Below, one piece after another: positions 27,532 to 40,700 of a DNA stretch of 64,000 nt. The notes beneath the pieces are model-generated. The model had not been told where the DNA came from. It did no database searches and worked only from the letters and a program-made list of their open reading frames with translations. Location of the stretch: the NCBI GenBank assembly GCA_012295275.1, contig CM022665.1, positions 12,710,001 through 12,774,000 of the forward strand. Direction: 5' to 3'. Every line of letters starts with the position of its first letter. Positions within the stretch are counted from its first letter, which is position 1. Both the position numbers and the translations under genes were made by a program. The DNA comes from Chrysomallon squamiferum. Its lineage: Eukaryota > Animalia > Mollusca.

Positions 27532-30500
27532 TAATAGTAATAATAATTATGATAACAATAATAAATAATTGCAATAATAGTGGTGATAGTGATAATAATA
27601 ATAAAAAAGTGGTAATGACAATAACAACAATAACATCAATAATAATAATAATAATAATAATAATGTAAAATATCCCTTGCTACTAAATTATTAAGGTAGT
27701 CATTTCATTTTCTTTTTCATTTCATCATTAAACAAGAAATGTATGATTAACACTAAATACTGAAATATTGTTTTGTTAAACATTCAAATAATATAACACA
27801 TTATGCAATATGCAAAAACAATAGTTTGTATTCTGACAGACAAGGCCTTTGATCATGTGTAAATATTTACTGCTGGCACATTTGGCATGCATTTTGACAA
27901 TCCACAGAGAATAGGAATATGAACACTTAGCTTGGTTTATCTTGCTGCTGGTAATATAAATAAGAAATATAATAATATACATTTTTCAGTAGTGTTAGTA
28001 AAAGGAATTGATATTAACAATGAATGATTACTGATTAAGACCTTTGATTTGCAGTGTTGGCTTAAAATAATAATAAATAAATAGATGCAGATAGATAATA
28101 ATTGTTGTAAATTATTAAATAATAATAATCATAAATAGTAATATAATAATAATAATAATAATAAATATGTATAGAACATTTTAATAAATAAATAAATTTC
28201 CTAATAAATGTCTTCATATTTAATTTGAACAGAAAAATTGTGATGTTAATTATCTTAATGGATGAATGTAGCTTGCAGTATGAGAAACAGTCATATGTTC
28301 AGTTACTTGGAGTGCTTTACTTACTCTGTGTTTGGTGTGTTTCTTTTATCTTCTGTCCATTAATAAACACACACACACACATGTACACACGCAAAAAAAA
28401 ATCCACACAGATAGCTGTTTTAAAAACATTTCTTCAGATAAAACATTCTTATTTTCTCACCAAAAAACCCCTAACCCCCTTTCATTTGTATGAAAGGTAT
28501 TAATGTGCTGAAGTCTGGAGGTAGGGCACAAAAGATATATATTTTTTTTATCTTCTATTTTTAAGGAAAAATATTCTCATTGCTACATTTACTGTATTTA
28601 CAAAATGTATCTGATTTAATAATTATTATATGTACACATGTGATTATTAATTTGCCATTATACATATTAACAAATATTTTTTTTTTTTTTTTTTTTTTAA
28701 TCTTCTGAGAAAAACATCACTCTTAATCCAGACTGTTCTATATATATAAATTTTATTAGTATTTTATATAAATGTTTAAAGACAAAATATATTTGATTTT
28801 ACATAATTATTTACCATTATAAATATTATTGTTAACTATTAACAAAAAATTCTTATTTAATGATCATTTGTAAATAAAAGTGTCTTTTGAAAACAACTGT
28901 TATCTATATGTTTTCTTTTAAACTCAATTTTTTTATTTAATACTATATAATTATAAAAACCAAAATATAAACGCTTTGAATGATGTGTCTATGTATCTGA
29001 TTATCTCTCTATCTATCTGTCTAGCTATGTTTATCTATCTCAGCTTGTCTTTATATATATCAGTCCATCCATTCATTCATCAACCTGTCTGTTTATTTTT
29101 CTATATTTGATAACATTGATGTCAGCTTTAACTAATAAAAACTATTTTAAAATTATTATTTATAAAGAATTGGACCTTTTGAAGACAGCATCACCCACAA
29201 TAGATGGAGTGAAGAAACTTTCTCCTTACTTGTTCCAATTCACTGAACAATTCCAAGGACTACAATTACCTTCAAAGGAATCAGGCAGCTTTTTAAAGAA
29301 ATTATATGGAGAAATTTCCTTACATTTTCGAGGAAATCTTTTCTCTGCTGGACTTGTTCCTTTTGTCACCATTCATTTAAAACAGAGGAAACTACCTCTT
29401 CTGCAGATACTGTTGGACACCAAAAGTCACAGCCTCATTCTCAGATACCAGGGTAGGACATCTTTTCAAAGAGTGACTCTGAAAGATGTGTTGCCTGACT
29501 ATGAGTGGAATTCGTTGGTTGTTAGAATAAACAGAACTAGTCTGAATGTTCAAGTTGATTGTAGTGTGAGTAAAGTAGCAGTGTTAAGACAACCACTGAC
29601 ATCACCATCAGATGATGAAGAAGGGTCAATCTGGCTTGGATGGAAAGCTGATGGTCATTCTGGTTTTGAGGTAGGTGTGGTAATTATTGTATTGTATCCT
29701 GGGGATATATCAACTTCATTATCTTTCATCTTGACAGGAATTAAAATGACATATTTGTGGATAAGCAAAAGATTTAAATTTTTCAAATATTTAATTTAAT
29801 AAAAAATATTATTTTTTAATATGAATTCAAAAAAAACAACAACATTAATATTCTTTTGGAATGTCATAACTATTTTTAACTAGATCAATTTATGCTAAAA
29901 AAAAAGAAAAAAGAAGGAATGTTTTTGCAATACTGAATGTTAAAAATATAACAAATTTTCTCTTTATATGCCACTAATTTTTAATATTTTAAAACCAGGG
30001 TATTTTATTTGAAGCAAAGCTGTATCCAGTCTACATCAAAGATTCTGGATGTGATAATTTGCCACAAGGTATCTGCATATGTGTCTTTATTTTTGTGTGC
30101 ATCTGTATATGAGTTCTAGAATGTTTCTATTTATGTAATGTGCAGATGTGTGTCTGTGTTAATATGTATGTATGTATGTTCCTGTAATGGTATTGTGTGT
30201 ATGTGTGTGTCTCTGTGTTTGTCTGTGTTTCTGTGTGTATAATTTTCTAATTTTCTCACAAGACAAAATACAAACTTGCAGCTGAAATATAATAATATGG
30301 CACCACTAATGTTGCAGGTGATGCTCCACAAATGGATGATGGAGAACGTCAGAAATATAATCAAGGTGAGAGACTTCGACAGATGGAGCAGAGAGTCACA
30401 CAACTTGCTTTGATGGTGGACATGCTTAAAACACAGGTGAGACAATTTGTTAATTCAGGTAATCAACAGGTCAGGAAGAGTTATTCATTCTGTTAGGTAA

Positions 30501-31552
30501 AATCAACATATGCAAATGAAGGAATCGGTTATTAGGTTTCCATGCACATGTGCCTTGCTTATGTTTTTCAATATTTTTTTTTTCATAATGACACTACCTT
30601 CATTTTGAAAGTTATACAATCAGTAATGATGGCACCCATCCTTTTTCCTGAAATACTAGTTTCTTTGAGTTTGTGTATCCATCTGTCTGGCAATTTGTGA
30701 AGAACTGTTGTTAGACAAAACTATTGTTGACATATATATCAACTTATATTTTTGCAGACATTTAAGAAATATAAGTTAAGTTAAAGGCTAAAGGAGATGT
30801 GAGATGGCAAAATAATGTGATAGTCCTCAAAGTCAAGACACAGCAGAAATGGTTTAAAAATATATATTTTTTTATGTTTGTCCTTGACAAATTTTCCCTC
30901 CCCCCAAAAAAGTCATTAGTATCATCTTATTATTAACAGAAGAGAAAATAACAGACTGTACGTATATTTGTGCTTTTTAAGATTTTTTATTTAACATACT
31001 TTATTATTAAAGACTTTTAGTTTTTATCACTTTAAGATGAGAAATAACATTTAATTTTTAAATATGACACCAGAAAATATGGTTATTCATCAATCTGAAT
31101 CATGTTATGATGTTTAATATTGAGATAGACTTTGATTCCTGTTTCAGAAACTTTCATGAGAATGTTTTAAATGAGATTATTTTTATTTTCAGAACAATGA
31201 TCTCACAGCTAGGGTCACTGAATTGGAGAAATGTGAATGTATCTCTCGCTGTTCTCACAATGGTGTCACTTATGGTGAGGGTGAAAGCTGGAATCCTGAC
31301 TTGTGTACTGTGTGCAAATGCATGGTATGTACTGTTTTGAATTTTAAAACAAAATTGTTGAGAAAATAACAGTTGTTAATTTCATATTTTTATTATTGTT
31401 GTTATAGTTACTGTTGTTGTTGTTATTATTATTATTGTTTTTATTATCATAATTACAAATACTATCATTATTGAAATATTTTTATTGTGGTTATCAACAA
31501 CATCATTACAATAAAAGTATTATTATTATTATTATCATTATTGCTATTACTA

Positions 31553-31616
<64 letters not shown>

Positions 31617-34600
31617 TCAGGATGGCTTTCCTGTCTGTAAAATCAGAATGGATGTTCCAAGCTGCCAAAGTGAGTGGTGTGTTTCAGTTTGTTTTTTGTT
31701 TTTATTTTAACAAATGCTAAGTAATGTGTTCATAATATATTTTTATCACAACACTGCCAAGTTATAATTTCAGAGAACTTTTTTTTCTTAATTTATGTAA
31801 TGAAACTATATGCTATAATTAAAAACATACTTTGTAAAATTTTATTTAAAATATGTTGATATATAATTTATCAATGTAAATATGTGAATTTTCCTTTTTA
31901 CTTTGAATTATTGCAAAGGCCAGTGTAAAGGTACACATAAGAAATTTCTTTCTGCTAATCAAGAACAGGAATGAAGACAGCTGGTTTCTTTTCTCTTATC
32001 ACTTTTGTAAAAAAAACAATAATAACATACTTTACACCTTATAATTGTTAATATTAATTATTAAAAATTATATTATTTATTCATTCTTTCATTCATGGAC
32101 ACAAGTTTAATGATGTTCACCACAATTACAGATTCACATATATTATAACATTATAAAAATTAAATTTTTGAAATTCTTCCTATGTTTATTTTTTAGCCCC
32201 TTGTATAACCAGTCCATGCTCACCCCAGGGACAGTGTGTTGATTCTGGACCTAATGTGGGTACTTTCCAGTGTATTTGTCAGCCACCATTTGGAGGGCCA
32301 ACTTGTCAGGATCATTTGAATCCATGCATCTGGCCAGTAGATCCTGGAAACTGCAACCAGACAGTGATCCGATTTTACTATGACAGAAATCAACAGATTT
32401 GTCAGGAATTCAACTACTCAGGTAACTGCTGCGAAATATTTTAATTATACACTTTATTTTATAATTTGAAAGACAGGGCATTTAATTTAAATATGATTTT
32501 GATTTTTAAAAATAATTTTAAGGTGTTGATTTTATAATTTCAGGAGTTATTTTTAATAAAGAGAATGTTTGTTGTAAGAAAAGACATTCAATCTTTCAAA
32601 ATCTTGATTTAAAGAAAATAAAAATGTTCAAGCACTGATTTCATATTTGCATGATGTATCCTTAATATGAGGATTATTATTATTATTATTGTAACAAAAG
32701 TTATTTACTTATTCTCTGTTTGGTGTAAACTATATATTTTTTAAAAGTTTTGATTTTGTCATTTGAAAAAGAGGCTTTTATTAGAGAATTACTATAGTGT
32801 GCCTATTCTCCAACTTAGGCTGTATCCACTACATTAATTTTATTTTGTCTATGTAATTAATAAATTTACTGCAGTAAATTATTTGTTCAAGTTTAAAAAA
32901 TAATAATAACAGCAAAAATTATAATAACAAAAAAAAAAAAATAATAATAGTAATAAAAATAATATAGAGTTTAAAATTAATAAATTTTAAAAAATAAAAT
33001 ATTTAAAAACATTCATTATTTACTATTACTGCAGGTTGTGGTGGAAACATCAACAACTATGAAACAGAAGGTCAGTGTGTTGATACCAGCATGCAGGGAG
33101 CATGTTGTTATCGGACATATGCTACCGCTCTGGAAAATATTGTACAGGTCAATCAGCAGTTGGAAGTCAGATGTCAGGTAAAGAAAAATATCAGTTCAGG
33201 TCAACTTTCACTGATCCACTTACCTGTAAACCAATTCTTTTGTTAGTCCAGCACTGACTTGAAATTTCTCATGCCATCTAAATTTCAATTTTCCCATGCC
33301 AACATCCTATACTATTGCACATTTTATGGATCTGTTTGGAAGTTGGTGCATTGTTAAAACACATGCAGGCTATTCCTGCTTATTTTCATGGCTATGTTAA
33401 TATCATTATTTTGTCCCTTGAGTAAAGGAAGTGTATCCTATGCTGTGAAGTGAAATCATCTTAAACTTTCGATTAAAGACTGGGCTGAACTCTTGGAAAA
33501 AAAAAAGAGCCAGTGGTGTATCAGTGAAAAGATTGTTTTGAGTGTTACACTTCAAAGTATATGATATAAAAAAACAAAACAAAGAAAAACTTTTAAATTT
33601 ATAGTTTAGAAATGATTCTTCTGTGTTCTGTCATTTCCACTAATCCAGCATTTCATAAGTCCCAATGGTGGTGGATTAGTGAAGACTGAAGCACTAAGAT
33701 GAAATGTCTGACCAGTACCAACAATAGACATAAAAATCCATATCAGAATACAAATTATTTTCATTCAAAGTTTTAAAGATTTTTTAATGATGATAAATAT
33801 TTCATAAAGGAATGAATGAGATTGCATTTTAATGCATCCAGTTTTCAAAAATTATTTGACCAGCATAATCCTGAAACATTCTTGATTGCTCAGGAAAGAA
33901 TTTTAGATAGGAAATTAATTAAATATCTTTTTCCTTTATTTGATGATTTCAGGTTTTGCATATTGGTGAATGTAAATCTCTTCATCACAAACCTGATGGC
34001 GACACAGAGACAGAGGTGATCAGTTTTTCACCCAGTCTGAACTGTGAGGAAGTCAACTGTCTGACAGCAGAAACGTGCATTGTGGGAACTAAACAATACA
34101 ACATTGGTGAAAGTTTAAGACTTGGTTGTGAGAATTGTACATGTAAAAATGGAGGCAAGCTCTCTTGCAGGTTGGTTCCTGATCATTAGAGTTGTTTCCC
34201 TTTGGCTTTTGTGAGTTGATAGTTCAAAATTGTTAATGCAAATTTAAGGTATTTTTAAAATTAACTGAAGTAGAATAAATTCCAAAAGGGTTTTAAAATC
34301 TATTTTTATCCATAATTTTATTTTTATAGTATTAATAGGATGCATTGGTTTTGAAATTGAAAATGTAATGAGAATAAAGAATGTGTTTTTTGTACTTTTG
34401 TGATGTATTAAGTATGGCTTGTTGTGCTAAAATTAACATTGAAATATTAGCAGATGAAATACATTAATATTACAGATATTGAAAAAGACAAGTGATCATT
34501 TTATTAATGTGACTGAAAGGTTTAGTTTAGTTTAGTTTTGTTTTATTTTAGTCTATTTTAATTTACTTTAATTATATTTAATTTAATTTACAGTTGTAAC

Positions 34601-36555
34601 AACTACAGTGTAAGGAAAGAACTAAGAGACATGACTCGCGAGGAAGTCGTACGTTTTCAGAATGCTGTTCATCGTCTTCGTCAGACAGGTAACTACAGTG
34701 AGTGGGAGGTGTTACGTGACCTCTATATGACACACAACATGCACGTGCATGGCGGAGTCTTCTACCTTCCCTGGCATCGAGAGTTTCTGCGCCGCCTTGA
34801 GCTGAAACTGCAAGAAATCGATTGCAGCATTGTCTTGCCATATTTCGATTTCACTACAGATGTGGGGAACTTCTCCACTGCCATTATTTGGCAGCCAAAT
34901 TATTTTGGTGGTGACGGAGCAGGTAGTTGTGTGCCTGATTTCCCATTCGGAGGAACATCATCGTGGAATCCATGTGTTATACGACAGTTTAACACAAGTA
35001 TTCAGTTGCCAACTCAAATTGAACTAGCCTTAGCTTTAGCAAGTGAAGACTATATGGAGATGAGCTTATGCCTGGAAACATTTGCTGCATATCTCCATGT
35101 ATACATTGGTGGTGACATGGCTACTGCTGGGAGCCCATATGATCCAGTCTTCTTTGCTATTCATTCTTACATAGACATGTTGTACTGGCTTTGGCAGGAA
35201 AAGGGACAAAACAAATACAAATTTCCTGCAGCTTATGGAAACATTCCCATGGTTCCTTTTAACATCCCTCCTCATGAGGTGCTCGATCTCGAAACATCTT
35301 GTGTCACATACCGGTTACCATCCAGAGGTCATCCATGCAATGTGACTATCACTCAACCAAAACGAGTTAAGCCAGCCATCAAGAGAGGGGACATTGATCC
35401 TGTAATGTCTTATGCTGAAGAAGATTTTGATCATTTTGGATACAATGAAGATGGTTTTGATAGAAATGGCTTTGACCGATTTGGTTTCAACAGAAGAGGT
35501 GAGAAAATTTTGATCAATATGAGGCCTTTCATAAATCTGTTCAGTTTCACATTTTTTCTCTCTAAAGACTCTTTTAAGACCACAATCCTTTTATCATTTT
35601 CACTTTTATTTTTTAATTTTATTATTTTTATCATCATCATCATTATATATATTTTTTTTTTTTTAAATATTTTCATGTTTTTCACTGGAATGAACATTGC
35701 CTTGATTGCTACAACACATGGATTTAACAAATATTTTTATGTATTTGTGCTATATACTAAGCCTTAACAATTTTGCATAGAGTGTAAAAAAAACAACAAC
35801 TGATAATTAAATCTTTTTTTTACAATAAAGATTATATGTGTATGTATACATGAATAAATGTCATAATATATTATCTTTAGGGTACAATCGTGATGGTTTT
35901 GATGAATCTGGTTATGATCGCTATGGTTATGACAGATATGGATTTGACAGAGCAGGTTACAACAGGCAAGGATTTGATGTTGAAGGGTTTGACAGAAATG
36001 GTAATCCTGATACTTCAGGACAGTATCATGAGAATGGCTTTGACAATATGTGTCTGGACAGAAGAGGTAATGAGTTAGTTCTATACATTACTTTACATTT
36101 CAGTCTTACAAATACTGATAATTATAGTAACAGTGTAGAGTTTGTTTCTGTATTTGTGTTTGAACAGAGGAGGTAATCAGGTTGTTTTACTTTACATTTT
36201 AGTGTTACAAAGATTAATAGTCTGTTTCTGTATTTTAACAGATTAATTATACTGACAACTGATATTTGGTCTTAATTATTATTATGTTCTGTATAGTACT
36301 GTTCCATATGTTTGTTATTACTGGTTCAGTAACATGCAGAGTTTGATTTCTTTATTTTAATTTATGAATTTTCATTTTATTTTTAAAAAGTGATTTTATT
36401 TTTATATTTTTTGTTTTTAACACTGGAAAATAAAATGTACTTTTTCTATTAGCATAATTAGATGACTTTACATTTTGTTTAACTTCTTTTTTCTCAACAA
36501 GTTCATTTAACAACAATAATAATAATAATAATAACATCACCTAGCAGTATATATA

Positions 36556-36617
<62 letters not shown>

Positions 36618-37731
36618 TTCTAACAATATTTCCAAATTTATTTCATTTATATTTCATACTGAACCTGTTTTCTTTTCACATCTGCAGGGCTGGATCCTAA
36701 TGGATTTGACCGATATGGATTCACAATCAGAGGATATGATGCTAACTACTGCAACTACTTTTTCAAAGGTCCATTCTCTACCTTGCATTCTATCAAAATA
36801 CTTGACATCTTGAGACTTCAGGGGAAAGGCTTCTTGATGACTCTGCCTCGGATCTGTGCCCCTCTTTCCCCACTCCCAGACAGCTGGCTAGAACAGCACT
36901 GGATAACCACTATTAAAGATGTCACAGGTAATAAATTACTTGGAAAGATGTCTGAAGCTGTATATGAAATTTAAAGTCTAAATACTCCAGAATAATGTGA
37001 AACATTTAGAGAGTTTATTACTCAAGAATTACTGGAAATGTTTAAGGTCTTAATACTCAAAAATGTACAGTTTAAATATTCAGAAATTAAAGGGAAAATT
37101 GGCAATTTAAATATTCAGAAATTAAAGGGAAAATTTAAAGAGTCTAAATACTTTAGAATTATATAGCAAAAATTTAGAAAATCTAAATACATGTATTCAG
37201 AAATTAAAGAAAAACTAGAGGGTTTGAATACTCAGGTATCATAGGAAAAACATACTCAGGAGTTATGAGATTATTCTTGAACAGTATATTATATGTTTTG
37301 AAAGAAGATATTCAATAATAATATTTTCTTCCTCCAATAGCTTAATAATTTGATAATAAATAATCAAACTTCAAAAATATTTTTTTTTTCATGTTTAATA
37401 TATTATATATTGTTTAAATAGAAAAGAAAAAAAAACAAAAAGAAAAACACAATAAAAAACAAAACAAAACATTCATAGATATGATAAATAACAATGAAAT
37501 GTAATAAACTAAAATTATTATTGTCATTTAGATTACAGATGATAATATTAATGGCAAATAAATATCAGTTTAAAACAGATCAGTTTTGGTTCCTGTATAT
37601 ATATTTGTTCTGTTCGTCATGAAGTTACCAATCTTTGGTAATAATAAAATATAACTGTAAATTAAAAACTCATGAGAATACATGAAGGCTCTTATTTTAT
37701 TTCTTAATCATGACTGATACTATATAAATTA

Positions 37732-37763
<32 letters not shown>

Positions 37764-40700
37764 AAGAAAAAAAAAACCTTTCCTAACAGACTGAGGACAT
37801 AGCAACTTTACATTGATTTACTACCAAAGATGTTCTTTTATTATTATAGGAATGATTCCAGTGAATACAACACATGGAAGTATATCCATTCCATCAACTC
37901 GGTTCTGCTTCGATACTAATCCTTTCCTGAATACTTGTCCTTGTCCTGTAGCCATAGCAACCTGCCAGGAGAATCTCTGTGTTCAAGAATCCTGCCCAGC
38001 CTATCCTGATGCCATTTGTAGGATGTCTTTCTGTACTGAGTGTCAAGCAACTTGGTATCTCAACAATATGCCAGTTGACTGTCATCAGAAGAGAGGTGAT
38101 TTGAGAATTTTGTGTTTGAGAAAGTTTCACAAATATATTTTTTAATATTAATAATGTTTTAAAATTATTAGAATAAATTGTGATCTGTGTGTGTTTTGAA
38201 CTCTCACTACCAGGTTATTTGCATATTTAACATAATAGTTAATTAATGTAATAGTGGATTAGTTTACAGTAATTGTTTAATGTAATAGATAAATTGTTTA
38301 AGGCACTAGTTTAATGAAAGTTAAATAGATTAATGTAATATTTAAAAAGTTTAAGGTACTAGTTTAAAGTAATAGTTAAAGTAATAGTTAAAGTAATAAT
38401 TTAATGTAATAGTTTAAAGAAATAGTTAAATAATTTAAGCCAGTAGTTTAATGTAATGGTCATAGTCTGTTGAAAGAGTAAAATATTTATAGTAGTTTTT
38501 TTTATTTCCCAGATACAAACCATTTTTAGTATTTTATCACTATTTTTTCTATTTTTTCTGACAAGTCAACTTTAAAGTAATCAGTTTGATTAGACTAATT
38601 TGAAATTTGTGAAAATGTTCTTACAGTCTTCTGGATCCAGGTGAAATGATAACAATTATTTTCAATTCCATTTTGTGTTAAATTAACTTATAGACACATA
38701 ACAGTGAAAACTAACATTGGTTTGGAACATGGATTAAAATATTATATGAAATAACAAATGCCCAAAACATAAAAATAAAACCATTAAAAAAGTGATAATC
38801 ATCAAGCACTGAGAAAAATATTAGCTTCATTTTACTACAATTAAACTGAAGTTACTATTTTAAGTATGCCACATGATATAATGATATATTTCAGATGCTA
38901 AATTAATATTTGTTTTTATCTTAATGTTAATTATCTTATTTTTAAGATTTCTGCAGCCCTAACCCTTGTCATCATGGTGGAACATGTGTGGAATCAATCT
39001 GGCCTAATGAGCCTGACAAAGTGACTTGTGTCTGTCCTCCAGGCTATGATGGTCACCTTTGCCAGTATGAGGCTTATGATGTCTGCAGTCTTCCCCTTAT
39101 AACAGGTATATGTCTGAATATTTCACACACAACAATCTTTACTACATTTGTTTTTGAGTATGGGTATAAAAAAAATCCTAAAACTATATCAATCAAATAC
39201 TTGGAACTGGCAGTATTTCCATGCTTCTACATTTCAGTTTATATTCTGAATGTCTCAGTGATAAATCTTTAAGATATTTTGTTTTGAGTGTGGATATAAA
39301 AAAAAATTCCTGAATCTGTATCAGTATAATTTCCACAAAAATATGTCATTATATTAAAAATATTCAGATGGTCTTATATATTTTGGATTAGACTCAAACT
39401 TGTTAGGAACTCTATTCTTCTTCATTTCAATATACACATCTATATTTTTCAAAGATTTGTTTTATATTTAACATTGTCAGTTATATAAATCTGTAAACTC
39501 TAATTGGAAAATCTGGATAGTGTTACTTTCTAGTCTTCAACTATATCTAAAAAACATTAAGGTAATGAGAAAATCAATAATAATTTATTGCACACATGTG
39601 CACAATAGCCCAAAGATACTGTGACATTTCTTATAAACACTGAATCATGTCTAATTTCTTTTATATCAGTTCACCTCTTAACTATCTCTAACATAGTAAA
39701 TTTCATAGTTACCAAATTGTATTTTGTACACATTTAGAGACTAAAATGTAATTTCAGGAAACTGTGATGGACAGGAGAAAAGATGGTATTTCAATTACAA
39801 GTCACAGAAATGTGAGGAGTTCATATACACTGGTTGCTATGGAAATTCTAACAACTTCAAGTCTGTGAACTCATGTCAAGCCAAATGTCTGATTGGTGCC
39901 TGCTGTTACAGAGAACCTCTGTTTCCTAGACGTGTCATTGGATATGATGCCCAGGGATATGACAGGTATGTTTGTCTGGCTGGGAAAATAGGATCGTATA
40001 AAAATTTTGTCAGTATCAGAAATACAGAAATTGGTATTTTTGGTAAAAAAATATAACATGAACTGTTTAATAAGTTAAAGTGGACTGAATATGAACACAA
40101 ACACAATGTAATGTGCCACATACACAATCTTTCTACCATTCTTCCTTCCATCCATCTTTCATCATTTCTTTCTTTTCATCTACCCTTCTTTGTGAATGCA
40201 TTTTATAAAATTATTTTCAGATATGGTTTCAATATTGAAGGGTATGATAGATTTGGAAACCGTCGAACAGTCAATAATGGCATCTTCACAGCTCGAGAAA
40301 AATATGATGACCAGGGATTTGATTGGCAAGGTAAATTTGTATTATTTTTCAAGTTTCACAAGTGTCTTTAGATATAATACTTATATATACTGTTGGGTCA
40401 TTTCATGTCCTTCCTTCTCTTGATAAACATCCTGTAAACTTATTGACGTGCATTGAAAAAATTATTAAAATGTTGTTGTTGTTTATTATCATTTGTTTTA
40501 TTATTATTATTATTATTGCTATTATAATTATTATTATTATTTTATGTTTTTATTACTATTTAGTATTTTTTATGTTACAGGTTACAATCTACAGGGATAT
40601 GATGATGAAGGCTATGACCGACTGGGATATGATAAAGATGGTTACGACAGAGAAGGGTTCAATTTAACTGGCTACAGTCGTATAGGAGAATATGATGGAA

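Noticed and set aside
25960-27668. Leu/Val/Ile/Tyr-rich ORFs resembling membrane proteins
   Set aside because: Translations of trinucleotide microsatellites; the same applies to ORFs at 24495, 31471, 43297, 47838 and 48670
30271-30317. Alternative upstream acceptor (ttgcag ending 30280)
   Set aside because: Using it introduces an in-frame TAA; the acceptor ending 30317 keeps the frame
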